Assembly: GCA_963623875.1 (NCBI GenBank)
Contig: CAVFNL010000041.1
Location: 14,205 to 78,204 of the forward strand
DNA: 64,000 nt
From: Parabacteroides distasonis
GTDB lineage: Bacteria > Bacillota_I > Bacilli_A > Acholeplasmatales > Anaeroplasmataceae
Direction of reading: 5' to 3'
The position numbers and the translations under genes are program-made. This document shows, piece after piece, positions 35,651 to 45,885 of this stretch; within the stretch, counting starts at the first letter, position 1, and the number at the start of each line of letters is the position of its first letter. Below the pieces are notes generated by a model. The model searched no databases, had not been told where the DNA came from, and saw nothing but the letters and a program-made list of their open reading frames with translations.

Positions 35651-38635
35651 ATGATAAATAAATTAAGATTAAAGAAAATCGCAATAGTAGGAACAGCTGG
35701 CTTAACTGCCATTTCTTTGGTGTCTTGTAAGAAAACTTCTTATAAGTCTATTGCGTACAATGATGTTTATGCAACATCAGGTAAATATTCCATCACAAAT
35801 GGAGAATTATGGGAAGAATTAAAGTGGAATTCTTATAATACTTTAGGAGATAAGCTTGAACGTGCAGTAATTTCAACATATCTTGATGAGGCTAATGAAG
35901 CATTAAAAGCTATGAATGGTGAAAGTACAGATTTAAGTATCGCTAAACAAAAAAGATACTTAGATTATTTTGAACTTTTGGCGTTATCTGAACTTTACAG
36001 TGCTGCTGAAATTGATGATATATATAAACTTACACAAAAAGAAATTGATGATAAAGCACAAACTTTTGTTGATACTGTATATGTAGATAATCAAAAGGTT
36101 GTTGATATAGATTCAATTAAACCAGACACATTAAAAGCTAATGGAAAGACTCTTTTTGCTGGAACAAGATATGAAACTACATATTATGCATATAATTTCT
36201 ACTATCGTTATGATTTAAAAGTAGCCGAAAAGATATATGCTTATTACTATCTTGAAGATTATATTGTAGACTATAATGAAGATCAAGATGATGAAGACAG
36301 TTACTATTATAATGATGAATCAGTAATTCAATTTCAAAGAGAAAATTATGAATATATGGCTGATAGAAGAGCTGTATATATTCGTTTTACTAATACAGAT
36401 GAAATCACATCTACATTTAAAGCATTTGGTATCAAAACATATAATAACCAATACTTCTATATTCCACAAAACGGAAAAACAAATGTAGAATATAGTACTT
36501 ACTATGATGATTTTGATGTTTCTAATGCTGCAAACACTGAACTATGTTATAACCTAACTGCCTTAGGTGGAGATGGTATGGCTCTTGAATTATATTGCCA
36601 AATGTATAACTATATTTATTCGTATCGTGATGCACTGCCAACTGTTATAGAAACTACAAATACTACAACTAATAGACGTGATATAACAGAAAACATTGTT
36701 AATACATTTGTAGAAGATGATAAGAGTGTTGAAGATATTATTTCAGCATGGGATAGTGAAGATATTAAAACTATTACATATACTCAAGATGAATTAAATG
36801 ATGTTGATGACGATTTTAAAATGTATGTATCAGGTACATTGAAAGTTAACCCTAATATTGCGGATGGTGAACAAAGATATTCTACAGAAGGATATAATAT
36901 AGGAGATTATTACTATCTAGTGTTTAAAGTTTCAGAAGATGCGCTTGCGGATGAATTTAAACTTGTTGATGATATTGATACTGATACAGTAATTCCTTCA
37001 GATAAAGATGAATATAAACAAGTTCTTGTAGATGAAATGATGTGGGATGAAATTACAGATTCATACATTTCAACTCACCTTCAAGAAGCATTAGATGATG
37101 CTAAAGTATATATTTATGATAATGATGTAGAAATTGTATACTCCTATAATGTATCTTCATACTCAAAGACTCATAAAAATGCACCTACAAAAGATACACT
37201 AATGACTGTAGTTTATAAGAAAAAGAAAACTAATATTACAATTGGTGATGTATTTAGCGAATTAGAAAAAGAAAATGGAGTTACAACATCTATTGACTTA
37301 TTATCTAAAAAAGCTATTAAAGATACTCAAGAATATAAAGATACTAAAGATGATGTAAAAACATATAAAACAACTCTAGATTTATTACTTGCGTATTTTG
37401 CACAAGGACAAATTGATAGTTATGATGCATCTCTTGGTAAATATAACTTCTTAAAATTATATTTCCACTACACAGATGTAGATGATATAGTTAACAACTA
37501 CTACAGAATTCAAGCGGCACAAGCAAAAATTTTAACAGACTATGCTAACAACCAAGAATTCTATAAGATGTTACAATCATATGCTAAGAGTGCATATGAT
37601 AAAGCATTTACAGCATCTGCGACAAATATATTAGTATATGTTGATATGGATGAAGATGGAAAGGCTGATACAGACTTCGATTGGTCAACACCTGTTCCTA
37701 CAGATCCTACAAAGACATATAAAGATTATGCTGTAGAATTAATGCAAACATTAGTTACACGTATGACTAATGTTGATGATGAAAAAGCAACTACACTTTC
37801 ATCAATGGTTGAAGAATATCAAAAATCACAAAAGTTCACAAATGGTATCGATGAATACAATGGACAAACTGATGAATATGACCCCACTGAGCCTGAAACA
37901 AGATGGGCTAAATATAAAAGAGCAGGTCTTTATATTTCATCTACTGATTATTCGGATGTAAAGATTTCATCAACTGAATCATCAACTGATACTACAATAC
38001 CATACAATACTCTAAAGCAAAGATTACATGAACTATATAATACAATTTCTAAGTTCGATACTTTCCCAACAGACTATCTAGATTCTGAAAAATACACTGG
38101 TACATCACCAGAAGGATGGCTTCTAGAAAATAGTAAGGGTGAAAGTGTTGGATATTCATTAATGTTAATTACTTCATGTACAGTAAGAAGTAGTGCAGAA
38201 TTTAAAGCTACTGATGACGTTAACGGACGTTATTCAAATATCACAATTACTTATGATGATGTTAAGAAGAATATTTCAAATATTTATAATGAATCAAAAG
38301 AGGAAGCTTCAATTGATCAAATCACATTATTTGTTTATGAATATTTAAATTACGAAACTTCAACATTCTTCCCATCATCAGTACAAACATACATAACTGA
38401 TTTTATTATGCCAGTATATGAAAAATATACAGGAACAGCAACTCAACGTGAATTGTTATTTAAGAAGATGCTTAATTCATCAATATCATTTGCGACATCT
38501 TCAAATGACGCAAGATTAAAAGAAGTTATGCAAATTAATAGAAGGCAAGATGATAATTATCTTACAGATACAGATGAGGCATACTTATTTGCAGGTTGGT
38601 GGGATAAAGTATTATCTCTAAAAGAAGGTGAATAA
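35651..38635 (+). CDS. giant acidic lipoprotein, PrsA/SurA-like (degenerate double parvulin-like modules)
   Basis: Signal peptide with lipobox LVSC. PrsA-like N-terminus SITNGELWEELKWNSYNTLGDKLERAVISTYL. Parvulin-like strand pairs RRAVYIRF...GDYYYLVFKV and ATNILVYVD...GYSLMLITS. Confidence 0.65.
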   Translation: MINKLRLKKIAIVGTAGLTAISLVSCKKTSYKSIAYNDVYATSGKYSITNGELWEELKWNSYNTLGDKLERAVISTYLDEANEALKAMNGESTDLSIAKQKRYLDYFELLALSELYSAAEIDDIYKLTQKEIDDKAQTFVDTVYVDNQKVVDIDSIKPDTLKANGKTLFAGTRYETTYYAYNFYYRYDLKVAEKIYAYYYLEDYIVDYNEDQDDEDSYYYNDESVIQFQRENYEYMADRRAVYIRFTNTDEITSTFKAFGIKTYNNQYFYIPQNGKTNVEYSTYYDDFDVSNAANTELCYNLTALGGDGMALELYCQMYNYIYSYRDALPTVIETTNTTTNRRDITENIVNTFVEDDKSVEDIISAWDSEDIKTITYTQDELNDVDDDFKMYVSGTLKVNPNIADGEQRYSTEGYNIGDYYYLVFKVSEDALADEFKLVDDIDTDTVIPSDKDEYKQVLVDEMMWDEITDSYISTHLQEALDDAKVYIYDNDVEIVYSYNVSSYSKTHKNAPTKDTLMTVVYKKKKTNITIGDVFSELEKENGVTTSIDLLSKKAIKDTQEYKDTKDDVKTYKTTLDLLLAYFAQGQIDSYDASLGKYNFLKLYFHYTDVDDIVNNYYRIQAAQAKILTDYANNQEFYKMLQSYAKSAYDKAFTASATNILVYVDMDEDGKADTDFDWSTPVPTDPTKTYKDYAVELMQTLVTRMTNVDDEKATTLSSMVEEYQKSQKFTNGIDEYNGQTDEYDPTEPETRWAKYKRAGLYISSTDYSDVKISSTESSTDTTIPYNTLKQRLHELYNTISKFDTFPTDYLDSEKYTGTSPEGWLLENSKGESVGYSLMLITSCTVRSSAEFKATDDVNGRYSNITITYDDVKKNISNIYNESKEEASIDQITLFVYEYLNYETSTFFPSSVQTYITDFIMPVYEKYTGTATQRELLFKKMLNSSISFATSSNDARLKEVMQINRRQDDNYLTDTDEAYLFAGWWDKVLSLKEGE

Positions 38636-38636
38636 G

Positions 38637-41429
38637 ATGAAAAAAAGTATAATTGCATTACCTATATTAGGGCTTTCTACAATGGCACTTGTCTCATGTG
38701 GTACTAAAGTTAACTCAAAAACACCATATGGAACATTATCTGATTCGAAAACTTATGCAAGCCTTGGAAGTAATTCAATATCAGAAAAAGGTTTATATAA
38801 TTTGATGCGAAATAACGGATATAGTGAAGTTTACTCGAATTTAAAAAATCAATTATTTTCTGATATTTTGACTAATGAAAAATATTTTGCGTATGATCAA
38901 GAAAAAGATGCATATGATTATTACTTATTAAATTCAAATGTAATAAATTCTATATACGGAGTATCAACTGTAAGTGCGTATAAAGCATTAACAGAAAAAG
39001 ATAAACAAAAACAAGCAAAGAAATATGTTGATACCTTGTTCAACGCAGGAACAACAAAAGAAGATGGATCATATTATACAACACAAGATATTCTTGATTT
39101 TTCTATCACTTTTGCGACTGATGAAAATGGGGATGAACAATTCGTAGCTAAATTCCCTTATGCATTCTATGAATCATATGTATTTGATAGAGCTCTTAAC
39201 AATTATGTACTTGATCAATTAAAAAATCCTGACTTTAAATATTATTATAAAAATGAATACATTAAAGGCGAGGGTAAAAATGATTACTATGTATCAGATG
39301 ATGATATAAGAGATTATTATTACTCAACTGGAAAAACTTATGGAGAATATAGAGGAATTGTTATTAAGTTTGCGTCTGAAGCACAAGCTAACCGTGTTAT
39401 GCAAAAAGCTATCGGTTCTACAACAATCGATTCTTCAAATTATTTAGAGCAATATTTAAAAATATATAATCTAAAGAATACAACTGATGAAAATCTAACT
39501 GTTGATAATTATCTTGAAGATGAGCAAACAAATCTAACTATTACTAAGAAAAAGAATAGATTTACTGCAAAATTTTCTGGAAACTTACAAACATTCTTCC
39601 AAAATATGGAAGATGGTGACTATATAACAGAACCATTTAATATCGGTGGAGCATATTATTTAGTTTATCGTATTTCAGGTAGTGAAGAAGTTGAATGGGA
39701 AAACCTTGCGGACAAAGATAAGGTTGCAGGAGATGGAACTACTGTATACGATAAAATGCTTGATGACGTTTTATCAAATAAATCCTTATCAACTCTTGCG
39801 TCTAAAATAGTAGAAGAAAGAATTGAAGAGATTGTAGATAATGGCGATATTGAAATATATGACCCACTAGTTGGATATAATTTTAAACAATCATATAGTG
39901 ATTTCACATATACTAAAACATTTAATAATGATTATATTTATAAAGTAAAATATAACGGAGAAGAATATACATATACTCCTAAAGAACTTTATGATGACTT
40001 AGAGGAAGCAAATGGTACATCAACTTCTGTTGAATACTTAAAGAATCAATGGGCATTAAGTTTGACATATATTGATGCACTAGTAGATAGCGATACTTAT
40101 TCTGATTATAAAACAAGCTTAAATTCAGAAATTAAATCTTTCAATAAAGGGAATAAGGATATTTCTAAAAAACTAGGTCTTGAAACTTATCTTCAAACAA
40201 CTTATGGAGTAAATACTAAAGAAGAAGTATTATCCGAAAAGAAAGCATCTTTAATTCTTGAAAAGCTAAATACTTATTTTGGTAATCCTACTACTGATAA
40301 AGTTAATTTTGATGAAACATCAACACTATATACTCAGTTCGCATCAATTTATAAAGATTTATATGATAAGTATTTTAATGCTGAAATATCACATATCTTA
40401 ATCTCTGTTGATGAAGATTATTCAGGTACTACAACTGATCCTGATGTGTATAGAGAATCATTAAAAGAAATTGATCCTACTTTAGTAGACGAATTTGATA
40501 GAACTATTTTAAATATTTCAAATGCTATAATTTCAGAAGTAAAGATTCTTACTATCTCTAAGACAGTTACTGAAGCTTTCACATATATAGTAGAAGCATT
40601 CAACAATAACTATAAGATAGCATCTCTTTCATATACTTTGGGACATGACGTTTATTGGAATGATTATAAGAATGAATTCCCTATAACAATGAAGACTGAA
40701 GATTTATCAACAATTGACTTGTTTAAAGCGTCAAGTTATGTAGAAGAATTCTCAAATAGAGTTAAAGAATTGTACGATAAAGTAATTGATGGTACATATG
40801 ATGAAAAGACTATGGATGATAAGGGAATATTTGAATTTGATTCAACAATAAGCTCTTTAGAACCATTATGCAAGACTGTATATGGATATCATTTATTAAA
40901 TATTTATGGTACTGAAGATAAATCATCTGCTGTATTCAAAAAATCTTCTGATTCAAAAGCAAAAGATAGCGATGAGTACATGCAATATGAACACCTAGAA
41001 GTTGTTATAATTCCAGATGATGCGGATGGAGATACAGATAAAGATGATGATCCAGAGTATGTATTATATGCAAATGGATATTCAGACAATGATTACGCAT
41101 CAGCTTCACAATTATTCATATATTTCTATGAAACTACAGTGATGGGTTCACATTCATTACTTAAGACATCTGTAAATAGTGCAATTTCAACAATGTTTGA
41201 TGCAGCAATCACAAATTACACATCAACAAACTTCCAAAATTGGAAATATTTAACTTACGAATTAAAAGATTTAACATTCACATCTTCTTCAACAAAGAAA
41301 GATATGTATGTTGAAACACTAAAGAATACACTAGTTGGTTATGATTCAACAAGTTGGACATTATATACTGATTGGGTAGATACAACAAAATATAATTGGT
41401 CAATTGATTACAATTTTATTTGGAAATAA
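38637..41429 (+). CDS. giant lipoprotein, PrsA/SurA-like paralogue retaining parvulin His motifs
   Basis: GAAGGTGA SD then ATG 38637. Lipobox LVSC. N-terminus SISEKGLYNLMRNNGYSEVYSNLKNQLFSDIL. Motifs YRGIVIKF...GGAYYLVYRI and AEISHILISVDED...VYGYHLLNIYG. Confidence 0.65.
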   Translation: MKKSIIALPILGLSTMALVSCGTKVNSKTPYGTLSDSKTYASLGSNSISEKGLYNLMRNNGYSEVYSNLKNQLFSDILTNEKYFAYDQEKDAYDYYLLNSNVINSIYGVSTVSAYKALTEKDKQKQAKKYVDTLFNAGTTKEDGSYYTTQDILDFSITFATDENGDEQFVAKFPYAFYESYVFDRALNNYVLDQLKNPDFKYYYKNEYIKGEGKNDYYVSDDDIRDYYYSTGKTYGEYRGIVIKFASEAQANRVMQKAIGSTTIDSSNYLEQYLKIYNLKNTTDENLTVDNYLEDEQTNLTITKKKNRFTAKFSGNLQTFFQNMEDGDYITEPFNIGGAYYLVYRISGSEEVEWENLADKDKVAGDGTTVYDKMLDDVLSNKSLSTLASKIVEERIEEIVDNGDIEIYDPLVGYNFKQSYSDFTYTKTFNNDYIYKVKYNGEEYTYTPKELYDDLEEANGTSTSVEYLKNQWALSLTYIDALVDSDTYSDYKTSLNSEIKSFNKGNKDISKKLGLETYLQTTYGVNTKEEVLSEKKASLILEKLNTYFGNPTTDKVNFDETSTLYTQFASIYKDLYDKYFNAEISHILISVDEDYSGTTTDPDVYRESLKEIDPTLVDEFDRTILNISNAIISEVKILTISKTVTEAFTYIVEAFNNNYKIASLSYTLGHDVYWNDYKNEFPITMKTEDLSTIDLFKASSYVEEFSNRVKELYDKVIDGTYDEKTMDDKGIFEFDSTISSLEPLCKTVYGYHLLNIYGTEDKSSAVFKKSSDSKAKDSDEYMQYEHLEVVIIPDDADGDTDKDDDPEYVLYANGYSDNDYASASQLFIYFYETTVMGSHSLLKTSVNSAISTMFDAAITNYTSTNFQNWKYLTYELKDLTFTSSSTKKDMYVETLKNTLVGYDSTSWTLYTDWVDTTKYNWSIDYNFIWK

Positions 41430-41430
41430 T

Positions 41431-41459
41431 GGATGCTTAAATGCATCCTTATTTTTTTA
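41431..41459 (+). terminator. rho-independent terminator
   Basis: GGATGC (41431-41436) / GCATCC (41443-41448) stem then TTATTTTTTT. Confidence 0.7.
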
Positions 41460-41484
41460 TGATATAATAGGGTCGGTGAATAAA

Positions 41485-42273
41485 ATGAAAATATCAATGG
41501 TGGCTTCAGGTTCAAAGGGTAATTTATGTTATATCGAATCTAGTGAAGCAAAAATTTTAATAGATGCAGGAATCTCGTGTAAAAGATTTACAAAATTTAT
41601 GGAAGAAAATAATATAGACATAAATCTTGATGGAATTCTTATTACGCATGAACATACAGATCATATTTCAGGACTTCTTCAAATATCAAAAAAATACAAA
41701 TGTCCTATTTATATGACTTCTGGGACAAAAAAAGGAATTAGTGAAAAAACTAATGGAAAAGATATTATTTTAAATAATGATATAAAAATTATTGAACAAA
41801 ATTCAAAATTTAAAATCAAAGATATAGATATAGAAACATTTCCAACTTTTCATGATGTATATGAGCCATGTTGTTATGTTCTTAAATCAAACAATAAAAA
41901 GTTAGTCTATATTACAGATACAGGCTATATCCCTATAAAATTATATGATAGACTAAAAGGCGCAGATTGTTATGTAATGGAAGTTAATCACGACCCAGAA
42001 CTTTTAATGTCATCATCTAGACCATATGAAACTAGAATAAGAATCTTAGGAGATTTTGGGCATTTATCAAATGAAGACGGTTTAGAATTACTATCTAACT
42101 TAATGGATAAGAATTGTAAGTTGGTGTTTTATGCACATATATCAGAAGAGTGTAATTTGGTAAGTATTATTAAAGAAGAAGCTAAACGAATGTATCAAAA
42201 AATGGCAGTTGATGTGTCTAATGTATCTTTTGTATATACAAATCAGATTGCGACTAAGGTGTATGAACTATGA
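41485..42273 (+). CDS. yycJ: MBL-fold metallo-hydrolase (YycJ/WalJ-like)
   Basis: ATG 41485 after GGTGA. Motifs LIDAG and THEHTDHISG. Followed by rlmH as in Bacillus. Ends in a TGA that overlaps the rlmH ATG. Confidence 0.8.
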   Translation: MKISMVASGSKGNLCYIESSEAKILIDAGISCKRFTKFMEENNIDINLDGILITHEHTDHISGLLQISKKYKCPIYMTSGTKKGISEKTNGKDIILNNDIKIIEQNSKFKIKDIDIETFPTFHDVYEPCCYVLKSNNKKLVYITDTGYIPIKLYDRLKGADCYVMEVNHDPELLMSSSRPYETRIRILGDFGHLSNEDGLELLSNLMDKNCKLVFYAHISEECNLVSIIKEEAKRMYQKMAVDVSNVSFVYTNQIATKVYEL

Positions 42274-42749
42274 GAATTGAAATTATTAGCGTTGGAAAAA
42301 TAAAAGAACAATATTTTAAAGATGGAATATTAGAATATAAAAAAAGGCTTGGTAAATACGTTAGTATTGAAGAAAAAGTATTAGCGGATGAGCCTATAAA
42401 AGATAAGGATAAAGAAGCGTTGGTCGAAGAAGTCAAAAAAATAGAAGGGGAAAGAATTTTAAAAGCCATAAATCCTCAATCGTATGTAATTGCTCTTGAT
42501 TTAAAAGGAGTAATGTTAGATTCTATTCAGTTTGCACAAAAAATAGATCAAATATTTTCTTATAATGCATCTACGATTACGTTTATTATAGGTGGCTCTT
42601 TAGGGTTGTCTTGTGATGTTATACAAAGAGCTGATTATAAGTTATGCTTTTCAAAAATGACATATCCACATAAACTTATGAAATTAATACTTTTTGAAGC
42701 AATTTATAGAGCATTTAAAATAAATAACAACGAAACTTATCACAAATAA
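42270..42749 (+). CDS. rlmH: 23S rRNA (pseudouridine1915-N3)-methyltransferase
   Basis: SPOUT protein of 159 aa. MRIEIISVGKIKEQYFKDGILEYKKRL ... FIIGGSLGLS ... LCFSKMTYPHKLMKLILFEAIYRAF. Confidence 0.92.
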   Translation: MRIEIISVGKIKEQYFKDGILEYKKRLGKYVSIEEKVLADEPIKDKDKEALVEEVKKIEGERILKAINPQSYVIALDLKGVMLDSIQFAQKIDQIFSYNASTITFIIGGSLGLSCDVIQRADYKLCFSKMTYPHKLMKLILFEAIYRAFKINNNETYHK

Positions 42750-42787
42750 ATTTAGACATCAATAGACTAGTTATGGAGTGCTATTTA

Positions 42788-42816
42788 TTGACTATGAAAT
42801 ATGGTTGTGATAAAAT
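42788..42816 (+). promoter_or_regulatory. extended -10 promoter for uxaBAC
   Basis: TTGACT (42788-42793), 17 nt spacer, TAAAAT (42811-42816), with TGa. Confidence 0.55.
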
Positions 42817-42868
42817 ATTTAAGGTATAAATTGTTAAGATTTTATATAAAAATTCGGAGGAAATAAAA

Positions 42869-44362
42869 ATGTCAAATGTACAAAATTTACCACTAATTAA
42901 TGAAGTTAACAAAAAAGAAGTAAAACCAGTTAAGATTATGCAATTTGGAGAAGGAAACTTCTTACGTGCATTCGTAGATTGGATTATAAACAAAACTAAT
43001 CAAGCAACTGATTTTAACGCAGGTGTTGTAGTAGTACAACCAATGCCATTCGGAAGAGTTGCAGACCTTGAAAAGGCAGATGGATTATATACATTATATC
43101 TTCAAGGATTACAAAACGGAAAGGCTGTAAGAGAGCATGAAGTTATTAAGTGCCTTCAAGATTTCATCAATCCATTTGAACAATATGATAAGTATTTAGA
43201 ATATGCAGCATCAGATGATCTAGAATTTGTAATTTCTAATACAACTGAAGCTGGAATCGCATTCGATGAAACTGATACAGATTTTACAGTATGTCCTAAA
43301 TCATACCCAGGAAAACTTCTTGCATTTTTAAAGAAGAGATATGACCTTGGTAAAAAAGGATTATATATTATCACTTGTGAATTAATTGACTATAACGGAC
43401 TTGAATTAAAGAACGTATTAGTTAAACTTGCAAAACATAACAATATGGACGAAGAATTCATTAACTGGATTGTTACAGCAAACAAATTCTACAATACATT
43501 AGTAGACCGTATTGTTCCAGGATACCCTCGTGGAGAAGCTGAACAATTCCAATTAGACCTAGGATATCAAGACAATAATATGGTTGTAGGTGAAATTTTC
43601 CACTTATGGTGCATTGATGCAAATACAGTTGAAGATAAAGCACAAGCTAAGAAGAATCTAGAAGAATTAAAGGCTAAATTACCAACTGAAAAAGCTAACT
43701 TAAACGTATTATTTGTTGAATCAATTGTTCCTTACAAACAAAGAAAGGTTAAGATTCTTAACGGATCTCACACTACTTTAGTTCCAGTATCATACCTTGC
43801 AGGAATTGATACAGTAAGAGAAACTATTGAAGATCCTCAATTAGGAACATTCGTAAAAGAATTTATCTTTGATGAAGTTATTCCTACAATTGCAATTCCA
43901 AAAGACCAAATGGTTGCATACTCTAATTCAGTATTAGAGCGTTATATGAACCCATATGTTCGTCATGAATTAATGAGCATTGCCCTAAACTCTGTAACAA
44001 AATATAAGACAAGAGTATTACCTACTGTTCTTCAAAACTTAGAAAAGGGAGTAATGCCAACTCATGCATTATTCGGACTTGCGGCATTAATCGCCTTCTA
44101 CAAAGGAAAAAGAGAAATCAATGGTGCTGATATTCAATTAAATGACGATCCTAAATTCTTAGAATTCTTCAAGAATGAATGGACTAAGTTCGATGGAACT
44201 AAAGAATCAGTTAAGACTATTGTTGTTGATACTCTAGGATTAGAAGATCACTGGGAGACTAACTTAAATAATATTGCAGGTGTAACTGATTATGTTACAG
44301 ATGCATTATATGCAATTGAAACTAAGACAATGCGTGAAGCATTAAAGGAAATTGTAAAGTAA
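42869..44362 (+). CDS. uxaB: altronate oxidoreductase (tagaturonate reductase)
   Basis: IMQFGEGNFLRAFVDWII, SNTTEAGI, CELIDYNG and NTLVDRIVPGYP, co-linear with E. coli UxaB. Confidence 0.92.
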   Translation: MSNVQNLPLINEVNKKEVKPVKIMQFGEGNFLRAFVDWIINKTNQATDFNAGVVVVQPMPFGRVADLEKADGLYTLYLQGLQNGKAVREHEVIKCLQDFINPFEQYDKYLEYAASDDLEFVISNTTEAGIAFDETDTDFTVCPKSYPGKLLAFLKKRYDLGKKGLYIITCELIDYNGLELKNVLVKLAKHNNMDEEFINWIVTANKFYNTLVDRIVPGYPRGEAEQFQLDLGYQDNNMVVGEIFHLWCIDANTVEDKAQAKKNLEELKAKLPTEKANLNVLFVESIVPYKQRKVKILNGSHTTLVPVSYLAGIDTVRETIEDPQLGTFVKEFIFDEVIPTIAIPKDQMVAYSNSVLERYMNPYVRHELMSIALNSVTKYKTRVLPTVLQNLEKGVMPTHALFGLAALIAFYKGKREINGADIQLNDDPKFLEFFKNEWTKFDGTKESVKTIVVDTLGLEDHWETNLNNIAGVTDYVTDALYAIETKTMREALKEIVK

Positions 44363-44385
44363 TAAAAAAATAAAAGGGTGATAAA

Positions 44386-45864
44386 ATGAACGACTATATT
44401 ATAATACACCAAACTGATAATGTGGCCGTTGTACTACGTCCATTCAAAAAAGGTGAAGTAGTAGAAGGTATAACATTATTAGAAGACATCCCTCAAGCAC
44501 ATAAAGTAGCCTTAAAGAAAATTTCAAAAGGTGAAGACGTAATAAAATATGGTTCACCTATAGGACACGCAACGGCAGATATTTTACCTGGTATGCATGT
44601 TCACACACAAAATGTTGCGACTAATCTTGATGATGTTATCGAATATAAATATGAGCCAAATTATCCAACTGTTCTAGGATACAAATCTGATAGAACGGTT
44701 GAAGTTTACCCTCGTAAGAGCGGTGAATATGGTATCAGAAATGAATTATGGATTGTTCAAACTGTAGGTTGCGTTTCTGGTATGGCAAGAGATATGATTG
44801 AACAATTTAAAGCAACTTATGATACTTCAGAAATTGATGGTGTCTACACATTCCAACATCCATTTGGATGTTCCCAAATGGGAGGAGATTTAGAACTTAC
44901 TAGAACTCTTCTTCAAGATATGGTTAAACATCCTAATGCAGGTGCCGTACTTGTAGTAGGACTTGGATGTGAGGAAAACCAAATTGAAAAATTCAAAGAA
45001 ACACTAGGAGATTATGACCATGATAGAGTAGATTTCTTAGTTGCTCAAGAATTTGAAGATGAAGTTGTAGAAGGTGTAAAGAGACTTAAAGTATTATACG
45101 ATAAGATGAAAAATGATAAGAGAGTTACAAAACCTCTATCAGTACTTCGTATTGGACTTAAGTGCGGTGGATCTGATGGTATGTCAGGAATCACTGCCAA
45201 TCCATTGCTTGGTCGTTTAAGTGATTTCTTATCACTAAATGATGCGACAACAGTTTTAGGAGAAGTTCCTGAAATGTTTGGAGCAGAAAAATTATTAATG
45301 GCACGTGCTAAAGATGAAGAAACATTTGAAAAAATTGTTAAATTAATTAATGATTTTAAAGTGTATTTCAAGAATCATCATCAAGTAATTTATGATAATC
45401 CATCACCTGGAAATAAAGCCGGTGGAATCACAACTCTTGAGGATAAATCACTTGGATGTACGCAAAAGGGTGGAGCTTCAAAAGTTAATGATGTTTTAAG
45501 CATGGGAGAAAGAGTTACTGAGAAGGGACTTAATCTATTATGTACACCAGGTAATGACCTTGTGGCTGTTACAACACTTGCGGCTGCTGGATGTCAAATG
45601 GTATTATTTACTACTGGTCGTGGAACACCATTTGGTGGATTTGTACCAACCGTTAAGGTTGCTACAAACTCAACACTTGCAAATAAAAAACAAAATTGGA
45701 TTGATTTCAATGCTGGTGATTTAGTTGACAAAATGGATATGGATCAACTACTAGAGCATTTTATTGATTACATTTGTGATGTTGCATCAGGAAAGAAACA
45801 AACATGCAACGAAAAGAATAACTTCCGTGAAATATCAATTTTCAAGGATGGAGTAATTCTATAA
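44386..45864 (+). CDS. uxaA: altronate dehydratase
   Basis: N-terminal SAF domain (IIIHQTDNVAVVL...GEDVIKYGSPIGHATADILPGMHVHTQN) and UxaA C-terminal domain. Confidence 0.92.
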   Translation: MNDYIIIHQTDNVAVVLRPFKKGEVVEGITLLEDIPQAHKVALKKISKGEDVIKYGSPIGHATADILPGMHVHTQNVATNLDDVIEYKYEPNYPTVLGYKSDRTVEVYPRKSGEYGIRNELWIVQTVGCVSGMARDMIEQFKATYDTSEIDGVYTFQHPFGCSQMGGDLELTRTLLQDMVKHPNAGAVLVVGLGCEENQIEKFKETLGDYDHDRVDFLVAQEFEDEVVEGVKRLKVLYDKMKNDKRVTKPLSVLRIGLKCGGSDGMSGITANPLLGRLSDFLSLNDATTVLGEVPEMFGAEKLLMARAKDEETFEKIVKLINDFKVYFKNHHQVIYDNPSPGNKAGGITTLEDKSLGCTQKGGASKVNDVLSMGERVTEKGLNLLCTPGNDLVAVTTLAAAGCQMVLFTTGRGTPFGGFVPTVKVATNSTLANKKQNWIDFNAGDLVDKMDMDQLLEHFIDYICDVASGKKQTCNEKNNFREISIFKDGVIL

Positions 45865-45885
45865 AAAGAAGGAGAATATAAAATT

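Noticed and set aside
42817-42868. Imperfect inverted repeat TAAAATATTTAA...TTAAGATTTTA between the uxaB promoter and SD as a candidate operator.
   Set aside because: It is composed almost entirely of A/T with several mismatches. In this AT-rich DNA such matches are expected by chance.
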